A stretch of 64,000 nucleotides of DNA from Sedimentisphaerales bacterium (lineage in GTDB: Bacteria; Planctomycetota; Phycisphaerae; Sedimentisphaerales; Anaerobacaceae), in the NCBI GenBank assembly GCA_963708075.1, contig OY970194.1, positions 5,344,001 through 5,408,000 on the forward strand, read 5' to 3'. The notes beneath the pieces are model-generated. The model was given only the letters and a program-made list of their open reading frames with translations, did no database searches and had not been told where the DNA came from. Position 1 is the first letter of the stretch. The number at the start of each line of letters is the position of its first letter. Position numbers and translations under genes: made by a program. This document shows positions 30,681 to 39,139 of this stretch, piece after piece.

Positions 30681-31568
30681 ATGAAGAGCCAGCGGACGTT
30701 CAAAATGGGAACCCCGAGGCGGACGCAGAATACGGTCCGCGCCTGCCCCGGGGTCTGTGCCCGCCACAAGACCCCCGCGGACCCAAATGCTGCAACAGTC
30801 ACCTGCTACGACTGTGTCTACGCCGTATGGGACCGCAACCAGTGGATGCGGAGCATTGGCCTGAGCTGGGCCGTCCGCCCCACCTGCGCCAACCACCCCG
30901 ATTCCCTGGGCGCGATGCGGGAGATCCCGTGCGAAGGTCCCTGCCGCAACTTCCGATGGAAGAAGGAAACCCGGGGCCGGGTGACCCCGCCGAAGCCCTC
31001 CAGCCCCGACATCGCCTACATCCCCCTGACCAAGCGCAAGTTCGCCATTGTCGACAAGGCCGATTACGAGCGGCTGAGCCAGTACAAGTGGTTCGTCCTG
31101 GACGGCCGCAACGGCGCCTTCTACGCCGGACGCAAAGAAGGGTATCGCATCATCCCCATGCATCGCGACATCATGCAGCCCCCGCCCGGCATGGTCGTCC
31201 ACCACATCAACGGCAACGGCCTCGACAACCGCCGGTGCAATCTGCAAATCTGCAGGGCCGAGGAGAACCAGCGTTACAGGCAACTCGGCACCACGGCCTC
31301 CGGCTTCGTCGGCGTCTATCCCTACGGCAAGCGCTGGCGCGCCCTGGTTCAGAACAAGGACGGCATCCTGTACCAGCAGGTCTTCGCCGACAAAATCGAA
31401 GCCGCCAAGGCCCGCGACGACGCGGCCGCCGCCCACTTCGGCGAATCCGCCCGCGTGAACTTCCCCCGACCGATCTCGCCGCCACAGCCCCCCACCCCGC
31501 CCCCAGACCAGCCGCAGCCAAAATCAGTCTTGGCCCGGCAGGCCACAGGTACCAAGGAGGAAACCTGA
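30681..31568 (+). CDS. HNH endonuclease with C-terminal AP2 domain and Cys-rich N-terminus
   Basis: IPLTKRKFAIVD, MHRDIM, VVHHINGNGLDNRRCNL, SGFVGVY...EAAKARD...FGESARVNFP. Confidence 0.88.
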   Translation: MKSQRTFKMGTPRRTQNTVRACPGVCARHKTPADPNAATVTCYDCVYAVWDRNQWMRSIGLSWAVRPTCANHPDSLGAMREIPCEGPCRNFRWKKETRGRVTPPKPSSPDIAYIPLTKRKFAIVDKADYERLSQYKWFVLDGRNGAFYAGRKEGYRIIPMHRDIMQPPPGMVVHHINGNGLDNRRCNLQICRAEENQRYRQLGTTASGFVGVYPYGKRWRALVQNKDGILYQQVFADKIEAAKARDDAAAAHFGESARVNFPRPISPPQPPTPPPDQPQPKSVLARQATGTKEET

Positions 31569-32032
31569 CAACCGATCTTCAACCACGAAGCACGCAAAGA
31601 AAGGGAGGGCCATAAACCACTGAAAACTGGGTACTTGCCACGATTCCTCTGGCCTACAGTCTCTGGTCTCCGGACCTTCTTCCAGATTCCCACCCATGTT
31701 CGCCGGGTGACAATCGCCACATGCACAGGAGAACGGTGGGATGTGTGGAATGTGTGTGCGCGTCGAGCGTCCGGCTTTACACTTGACACTTGCCGCCATT
31801 CTGCAATCCGGAATTGAGCACAGCTTTGCCGTAGATATCCTGCCGGCCCGCAAACTCGCGTGGCTCTCTCACTTTTTCTTGATCTTCCACCCAACTTCCG
31901 CCATAATACCGTTATCTACGAGACGAGCATCTGTGATGCGGTTGTGACGAATCGTTTGAGGCCTGAGATGGCGCGTTAAACTCGGTGGCTGCGCAAATCG
32001 GAAGAGGCGCCGGACATCCTTGTGAGAAGCCA

Positions 32033-32809
32033 ATGGATTACCGTAGTGCCGATGAAGCGGTTTTCTCTGTGGTGCAGAATAGCTTGGAGGCGATGACAGC
32101 TTCTGTCAAAAGCACCAAATATCCAAAGACATATTCCGCAATGTTATCCATGATTGTCAGGATCGCATCGCTTAAGCTCTCGCTGTTTGATTTGGCCGAG
32201 GCAGGGAATCCATATGCCTTCCAAGTTGTCTACCGCAGCTTCTGCGAACATTACCTGAGGTTTATGTACATATGGTTTCGGTTTTGTCAGGAGAAGACCG
32301 ACGCGGTTGGAGAAGACTTCTACGACTATTGTGGTGCCGCAGAAGTCGCGAACTTGACACGCTCCTTAAAAGCGGCTGAGAGTATTGTTGGAGCAGAGGT
32401 CACCAGCAAGTACGAGGAGGTTGTTGGTATACTGTTTCCGAAAGCAAAGGGAATGAGTCGGAAGGAGATCCCCGCGAAATCAGATCAGTTCCATTACCGT
32501 ACTATCGTGCGCTACATTGCCGGAAAGGCACCAGCGATTGTCTCTGTAGAGAGCCGCTTCCTTGTTGATGTCATTCGGAAGTATGCTGAACTGTGCGTTT
32601 TTGTACATGGCGGCCCCTCGACCGACCAGTGGGCGATGACGGTTGTAGATGGTGAGGCATTCGAAGACTGCAAAAAAGCCGCCGACGTAGTCTGCATGAT
32701 GAGCGCCAGCGTGTATATGTTCACTGCCGCTGCAATGTCCAGAGAGTTCCCCAAGCTCTCACAGGTGGCAGGCCTTGTGAATTCAATTCTACATACTGAA
32801 TGTGAATAA
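32033..32809 (+). CDS. Hypothetical protein, DUF5677-like
   Basis: Lower GC; RSFCEHY and YAELCVFVHG resemble the DUF5677 RxxxE and YxxLSxxxH motifs. Confidence 0.55.
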   Translation: MDYRSADEAVFSVVQNSLEAMTASVKSTKYPKTYSAMLSMIVRIASLKLSLFDLAEAGNPYAFQVVYRSFCEHYLRFMYIWFRFCQEKTDAVGEDFYDYCGAAEVANLTRSLKAAESIVGAEVTSKYEEVVGILFPKAKGMSRKEIPAKSDQFHYRTIVRYIAGKAPAIVSVESRFLVDVIRKYAELCVFVHGGPSTDQWAMTVVDGEAFEDCKKAADVVCMMSASVYMFTAAAMSREFPKLSQVAGLVNSILHTECE

Positions 32810-32930
32810 TGAATGTAGGGTTTCATGTAAGGTTTCGGGGACGCCTTACTTATTTGAGCTGCAGATTGAACATGCTGTCGGCAGATATGGTGCAGGTCTG
32901 TAATACGGAAGGTGGGAGAAAGCGATAAAG

Positions 32931-34909
32931 GTGCTGAGCTTGTTCAATAATCGAGAAGTCGCTACCGCAATTTGGGCCGCTGTAGCTCTCGTGTTTGTCT
33001 TGTCGAAGGCAACCGTCCGCCAATCAGTCCTCAAGCTCACCAGGGCATTCCTCCACCCTATTGATCTTTGAATAGTTAAAGTAAATCGCCGTGACGGATC
33101 GATATCTTCATGCATGAGAACCCCAGGAAAACCCGAAGAGGCTCGAATGTCACCGGCTTCAGGCCTTCGCGTTGCTCGAAGCCGGTCACGGTCCCAGCGA
33201 AGTGGCCCGGAGACTCGGCGTCTCGCCGGCGGCTGTATCCCGGTGGAAGAAGATTTCTCAGCAGGCGGGACGGGACGGCTTGAAGGCCAAGCCGCATCCC
33301 GGCCGCCGGCCCAAGTTGACGGTCCGGCAACGCCAGAAGCTGGAACGGTTGCTGTTAAAAGGTCCTCTCGCCCACGGATATATGACCGACCTGTGGACGC
33401 TGAAGCGGATCGCCGAAGTGATCGAGAGGCGTTTCGGCGTCCGCTACGACCCTTCCGGGGTCTGGCACGTGCTGCGTGGCATCGGCTGGAGTTGCCAGAA
33501 ACCCGAAGGCCGGGCGCGAACGCGACGAAGAGGCCATTGCCCGTTGGCGTCAACAAGACTGGCCGCGTATAAAAAAAAGCTCGGCATAGCGGTCGAAACA
33601 TCGTTTTTCTCGATGAAACCGGCTTTATGCTCCAGCCGGTGGTCCGCCGGACCTGGGGTCCCCATGGGGATACGCCGCTCCTGTACCGTTGGGAGCGTCA
33701 CGACCGCCTCTCCGGAATGTCGGTGGTCACGGTTCCGCCGCAGCGTCGGCATCTGGACCTGTACTTCGCGCTCCAAGAGCACAACATCCGTACTCCCGAC
33801 ATTGAGACCCTCGTGGCGGAACTTCTTGAACATTTTCCCCACGGGATCATCCTGGTCCTGGATCGTTGGCCCGTTCATCTGTCCGCCGTGGAGCAACTCC
33901 GGCGTCGGTTCCCTCGTCGAGTACAAATCGAATGGCTGCCGTCCTACGCCCCGCAACTCAATCCTGATGAACAGGTCTGGACGCGGACGAAGTACATGGA
34001 CTTGGCCAACTTCTGCCCGGAGAATCTCACTGACCTCACGCAGGCGGTGCGACATTCGCTGGAGCAGACAAAAACTCACCAGTCTCTCTTGCGTTCGTTC
34101 TTCAAGCATGCTGGGCTTAGACTGTGACATCGTGTCACTTTTACTTTAACTATTCAAAGATCAATAAGATACTCCTGTCATTTGGACTCATGGCGCTCTA
34201 CGTCATCGCCATCGTTGTGGGCCTCAGAGCCATTCACGTGTGGAAAGGCACATTTTTGAAGGATACCGTCTTCTGGTTCTGTTTCACAGGCATAGGCATA
34301 TTCTTCGGCTCAGTCACTTCTGACAACAAGGAGAATATCTTCAGGAGAACCGTCGCTGATAGTGTGAAGGTTGTCGTTCTCATTGAATTCCTCGTGAACA
34401 TGTACACCTTTCCTCTCGTTTATGAACTGGCTGTTGTACCGGTTGTCGTTGTGATCGCGATGATGGATGCTGTCGCGCAAACGGATAAGAAGTATGCCAG
34501 CGTCACGAAGCTGACAGCCGGAATACTGTCCGTGGTGGGTCTACTTGCTGTGGGTTTCGCCGTGTTCAAGGCCATCTTGAACTATGACAATCTTCGAAGC
34601 GCCGATACTGTGAGGGACCTTCTCCTACCACCCTTGTTATCTGTTTTGTTTTTGCCGTTTGTCTACTCGATGCTGGTGTTCACCAAGTATGAACTCATCT
34701 TCGTGCGACTTGGTTTTGGATCAGAGAATGATCCCACACTGAAGCGATATGCCAAGCGCAGGATTATTATGCACTGCCGTTTGAACTTGAAAAGGGTCAA
34801 TGCTTGTCTAAGGCACCATGCATCGGGTCTGATGCAGGTTCGAAACAAAGAGGATGTAGATAGGATCTTGACAACGATGAAACGACACGATTCGGGCGAC
34901 GCCATCTAA
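32931..34909 (+). pseudogene. Integral membrane protein interrupted by IS630
   Basis: VLSLFNNREVATAIW...RAFLHP joins in frame to KILLSFGLM... once 33061-34166 is removed; multiple hydrophobic segments; low GC. Confidence 0.85.
33061..34164 (+). mobile_element. IS630-family insertion sequence with frameshifted transposase (33114-34127)
   Basis: Perfect TIRs ttgatctttgaatagttaaagtaaa; TA duplication (33059-60, 34165-66); HTH (VARRLGVS), A8 slippery run at 33571-78, FLDETG, LDRW, YAPQLNPDE; additional indels near 33140 and 33515. Confidence 0.93.
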
Positions 34910-35054
34910 GAAAAGGTGCTGTTACCATTACCTTAAACTCTTGTCATCGGGACTTCTTATGGGTGAATTTGCGAGTATTTTCGCCGGTGTAGTCGGCTAC
35001 GCGCTGGGGGTTTCTGGTGTCGGCGGGGAGGGGCGGGGGTATAATGGCGGGGGT

Positions 35055-35258
35055 ATGGAGAGAGCCGGGTATAGGATACTTGATGCGAATTTCAATCGGG
35101 CCCGCGAGGCGTTCCGGATCGAGGAGGTGGAGTACGTGCCGGAAATGGCCCGGCGGATTGCGGCGTTGATCCTGATGCAGTCGGACCTCGACGCCAACTA
35201 CGAAGCCATCAAAGCCGACACCTGGCCCTGGCCGCACGATGAACAGGGAGCCAGGTAG
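35055..35258 (+). pseudogene. Chimeric remnant: first 19 codons of thiE fused to an unrelated C-terminal fragment
   Basis: MERAGYRILDANFNRAREA is identical to the ThiE start; the tail EEVEYVPEMARRIAALIL...LDANY...WPWP resembles, from recollection, C-termini of type ISP/IIG restriction-modification enzymes. Confidence 0.7.
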
Positions 35259-35262
35259 GCAG

Positions 35263-36045
35263 ATGAAGAAGCCTCTTGACGTTGAGAATCATTTCTTCGT
35301 GGATGAATCGGGCGACCCGACGTTCTTCGATAAGCTCGGCAACCTTATCGTCGGCCAAGGGGGCTGCTCCCCTGTTCTGATCCTTGGTTTCATCGAGACG
35401 AGCTGCCCTGCGCATATCCGACAAGAACTGGCCAAGCTGCACAAGGAAGTCGCGGCGGACAAGTACCTTGAATCTGTGCCCTCCATCAAGAAGACCAACG
35501 TCGCTTTCCATGCCAAGGATGATGTGCCCGAAGTGCGTCAGGCGATGTACAAGTGTATCGCGGGCATGGATTTCAAGGCCCAGTTCGTCGTGGCCAGGAA
35601 AATCGAGCGTGTTTTCCGGAACACGTGTCACAGCAACGAGTCCAGATTCTACGACCGGTTGGTGACACAGCTTTTTGAGAACGTTCTGCATCGCCACGCC
35701 GCTAATCGGATCTATATTTCCAGGCGAGGCACGAGTGATCGACAAGAGCCGCTGGAGGCGGCCGTGAAGCTCGGGATCGGCAATTTCGAGGCCAAGTGGC
35801 AGACAGAGGTGAAGACGCAGATCAAGCTCCTGACACAGACGCCTGTGGGAGAACCCTGCCTGCAGGTCATCGACTATATGAACTGGGCGGTCTATCGTGC
35901 CTTCGTCAGGAGCGAGATGCGATACTACAAGTTCGTGGAGGCCAAAGTAAGCTTGCTTGTGGACCTGTATGACAGCACGAAGTACCCGAAGAACTGGTAC
36001 AAACGAGGCAATCCTTTCGATATGAAAAAAGCCAGCCCTCTGTAG
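35263..36045 (+). CDS. DUF3800 domain protein (RNase H-like fold)
   Basis: N-terminal FFVDESGD, FHAKDD, C-terminal LQVIDYMNWA (QxxD motif). Confidence 0.85.
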   Translation: MKKPLDVENHFFVDESGDPTFFDKLGNLIVGQGGCSPVLILGFIETSCPAHIRQELAKLHKEVAADKYLESVPSIKKTNVAFHAKDDVPEVRQAMYKCIAGMDFKAQFVVARKIERVFRNTCHSNESRFYDRLVTQLFENVLHRHAANRIYISRRGTSDRQEPLEAAVKLGIGNFEAKWQTEVKTQIKLLTQTPVGEPCLQVIDYMNWAVYRAFVRSEMRYYKFVEAKVSLLVDLYDSTKYPKNWYKRGNPFDMKKASPL

Positions 36046-36108
36046 GCTAGGCCTGGTTTCCCAGACGCACGGCATGAAGCCGACATTCACCTACAGCCGA
36101 CTGACTCT
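36025..36108 (-). ncRNA. Candidate DUF3800-associated structured ncRNA
   Basis: TTGACC-N18-TACTAT promoter (36113-36142); nested stems closing two hairpins, one with a GAAA tetraloop; ends in U6. Confidence 0.7.
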
Positions 36109-36309
36109 ACATATAGTACGGCAAATCTATAGCAATGGTCAAGGCTTTTATAGAAAAAAGATAGGAATCTATAGAAAACCTATGACACGGATACCCATGA
36201 TGCCTTGAAATCGGCCTGAAGAGCTGGACTTGCGTGGGCAAACGGGGGTCAGGCCGCCTGCGGGTTTTCGCTGTCCGTGGGGTGTGGGCGGGCTTATAAT
36301 TGGCGGGGT

Positions 36310-37389
36310 ATGGAGAGAGCTGGGTACAGGATACTTGATGCGAATTTCAATCGGGCCCGCGAGGCGCTGCGGGTCGTGGAGGAGTACTGCCGGTTCGTGC
36401 TGAACTCGGGGGCGCTGAGCGAGCGGGCCAAGAGACTCCGGCATGAGCTTTGTGCGGCGGTTGGGCGGCTGGACGCGGGAAGGCTGATTGCGGGGCGGGA
36501 CACACTGGGCGATGTCGGGGTCGGGGCGAGGGTCGAGGGACAGCTTGAGCGGGGGACGCTCAAGGACTGCTTCACGGCCGGGGCCAAGCGACTTACCGAG
36601 GCGCTGCGCGTGCTGGCGGAGGTGGCACAGGCCGAGGACAGGGGCGTCGCGGAGGCTGTGGAGAGGCTGCGGTACGAGGCGTACACGCTGGAGAAGGATA
36701 TTGTGCTGTTCAGCGAGCCCGTGGAGAAGTTCAATCGCGTGCGGCTGTATGTGATCCTCACGAGCAACCTGCCGGCGGAGATCCTGGCCCTGGCGAGCCA
36801 GTGCGCCGCGGGCGGGGCCGACTGCATCCAGTTGCGGGCGAAGGACATTCCCGACGACCGCTTTTTCGCGGTGGCGGTGGAGTTCGTGGAGATCTGCCGG
36901 GAGATGGGGGCGCTGAGCATCATCAACGACCGGGCGGATATCGCGGCGGCGGCGGGGGCTGACGGCGTGCATATGGGGCAGAATGACCTGCCCGTGGAGC
37001 AGGTGCGGCGGCTGCAATTGAGCCCGCTGGTCATCGGCAAGAGTACGCATTCGGCCGGGGAGCTCGATGCGGCCTGTCCGTCGCTGCCGAGCTACGTGAG
37101 CCTTGGGCCGGCGTTTGCGACGCCGACCAAGCCGGACATCAAGCCGGCCGGGCTGGAGTACGTGCGGCTGGGCCTGGCGCGACTCGCGGAGACCGGCATC
37201 AGCCACGTCGCCATCGGCGGGATCACGCTGGATAACGTCGAGCAGGTCATCGAGGCCGGGGCCCAGCGCGTCGCCGCGTGCTCGGCGGTCACGAAAACCG
37301 CCGACCCGACGCAGGCCTGCCGCAGGTTGAAAGAGAGAATCGTCGAGCTGATCAAGGAGCGTCCGCCGGAGGAGCGCCCCGCGAAATGA
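36310..37389 (+). CDS. thiE: Thiamine-phosphate synthase with N-terminal ThiD2 domain
   Basis: RILDANFNRAREALRVVEE (ThiD2), IQLRAK, IINDRAD, GVHMGQND, IGKSTHS, TPTK, AIGGI. Confidence 0.93.
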   Translation: MERAGYRILDANFNRAREALRVVEEYCRFVLNSGALSERAKRLRHELCAAVGRLDAGRLIAGRDTLGDVGVGARVEGQLERGTLKDCFTAGAKRLTEALRVLAEVAQAEDRGVAEAVERLRYEAYTLEKDIVLFSEPVEKFNRVRLYVILTSNLPAEILALASQCAAGGADCIQLRAKDIPDDRFFAVAVEFVEICREMGALSIINDRADIAAAAGADGVHMGQNDLPVEQVRRLQLSPLVIGKSTHSAGELDAACPSLPSYVSLGPAFATPTKPDIKPAGLEYVRLGLARLAETGISHVAIGGITLDNVEQVIEAGAQRVAACSAVTKTADPTQACRRLKERIVELIKERPPEERPAK

Positions 37390-37502
37390 ACGTGACACGA
37401 AATAGCATACCCCGGAGTCGCTTGTCCACCGGGCAGCGTCGCCGGGCTTATTCGACCGTCCTGTAACGAAATTGGGAAGTCTAAGGAATCAGGGCAACAA
37501 CA

Positions 37503-39113
37503 ATGAAACAGACACGCCTTATTGAGTGCGCAGCAGTCGTAATCCTTTTTCTGGTCGTGTCCGGCGTCCAGGCCCAATCGCTGTGGGACCTCGCCAGGCA
37601 GAACAAGGACACACTGCGGATTTCCACGCTGCTGACGGCGCAGGACGTGCGCGACCGGCTCTCCAGCGATCAGGGCATCGATCAGGCCATCGATTGGTGC
37701 AAAAAGACCGGCGTGACGCACGTGTTCATCGAGTCCTTCCGCGATGGCTACACAGCGGAGAAGAAGGCCCTGGAGCACGCTCGGGACCGGTTCCGCGAGG
37801 CCGGCTTCGATGTGTCCGGCTGCGTCACGCCCACCAAGGTCGGCAAGGCCTCCACTGGCTGGCAAGGCATCGGCTGCTACACCGACGAGCCGACGCAAAA
37901 GCGGGTCCAGGAAATCTTCGAGTATGCGGCGTCCATGTTCGACGAGATCATGATCGACGATTTCTGGTTCACCGACTGCCAGTGCAGCGACTGCCAGAAA
38001 GCCCGCGGCGACAAGAGTTGGGTGGACTATCACTGTGACCTGATGACCAAAGTCAGCCAAGACCGGATTCTCAAACCCGCCCTCACCGTCAATAAAGAAG
38101 TAAAAATCATTATAAAATATCCACAATGGTACGAGGATTTCCACAATCGCGGATATGAGGTTGTGCGGGAGACGGCGGAGTTCGACAGGATCTGGGTGGG
38201 GACGGAGACCCGCGACCCGGACAACGAACGATGGGGCAAGAAATGTCAATATGAAGCGTACTATATTATGCGGTGGCTGGGCGAGATCGGCGGGGCCAAG
38301 TGCGGCGGCGGGTGGTTCGACCCGTACGGCACGCACGAGGACACGTACGTCGAGCAGGCCCGCCAGACGGTGCTGGCCGACGCGAAGGAGATGTTGCTGT
38401 TCTGCTATGGCTCACTGCTGCGGGACACCGGCCCGGCCAATGTGGAAAAGCTGCGCACGGAGATCCCCGGCCTGTTCAAGCTCGCCGGCCTCGTGCGGGG
38501 CAAGCCGCTCAAGGGCATCGCCGCGCCCAAGCCGCCCAACAGCGACGCCTTCGACGAGCAGTACGTCTACGACTTCGTCGGCATGCTCGGCCTGCCCCTC
38601 GTGCCCACGGCGGAGATTCGGACGGACGTGAAAGCCGCCTTCCTGCCCGTGCACGCAATGAAGGACCCGCAGCTTGCCGACAAGCTCAAGGCCATGCTCG
38701 CCGCCAAGACGCCTGTGCTCGTCACCGACGGCCTGGCGAAGAAGTTGCCCGCGTCTGTCGCCGGCGACGAGAACCTGCTCGTTCTGAAAGTCAACGGCAA
38801 GCCCGGCAGCCTCCTCGATCTGACACGCGAGCAGCTCAAGCCAATTCGCGATAAGCTGCTGGCACCGCTCGGTGTGCGCTTCGATGCGCCAAATAAAGTC
38901 GCCCTGTACCTGATTGGCGACCACTGTGTCGCCGTCGAGAACTTCAATGACCAGACGATCACCGCGGCCCTGGGATTTGCGGCATCACCTGCGCCAACGC
39001 TCAAACAAGCGTTGGTGTTGCCGGTCAATGGATCGATAGGAGTTCTCTCCGACAAAGTCGGCCAATTCGAGCTGAAGATGACACCGCGCACGCTGGTGGT
39101 CTTCGAGTATTGA
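37503..39113 (+). CDS. Secreted hypothetical protein, possibly a glycoside hydrolase-like TIM barrel
   Basis: Signal peptide, FDEIMIDDFWF, IIKYPQWY, WVGTETRD; normal codon usage. Confidence 0.6.
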   Translation: MKQTRLIECAAVVILFLVVSGVQAQSLWDLARQNKDTLRISTLLTAQDVRDRLSSDQGIDQAIDWCKKTGVTHVFIESFRDGYTAEKKALEHARDRFREAGFDVSGCVTPTKVGKASTGWQGIGCYTDEPTQKRVQEIFEYAASMFDEIMIDDFWFTDCQCSDCQKARGDKSWVDYHCDLMTKVSQDRILKPALTVNKEVKIIIKYPQWYEDFHNRGYEVVRETAEFDRIWVGTETRDPDNERWGKKCQYEAYYIMRWLGEIGGAKCGGGWFDPYGTHEDTYVEQARQTVLADAKEMLLFCYGSLLRDTGPANVEKLRTEIPGLFKLAGLVRGKPLKGIAAPKPPNSDAFDEQYVYDFVGMLGLPLVPTAEIRTDVKAAFLPVHAMKDPQLADKLKAMLAAKTPVLVTDGLAKKLPASVAGDENLLVLKVNGKPGSLLDLTREQLKPIRDKLLAPLGVRFDAPNKVALYLIGDHCVAVENFNDQTITAALGFAASPAPTLKQALVLPVNGSIGVLSDKVGQFELKMTPRTLVVFEY

Positions 39114-39139
39114 TATCTTTGATGCTAATGGAGGCAGGC

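Noticed and set aside
36175..36309. TPP riboswitch upstream of thiE
   Set aside because: No CTGAGA core; TATAAT lies 9 nt from the ATG, implying a near-leaderless mRNA
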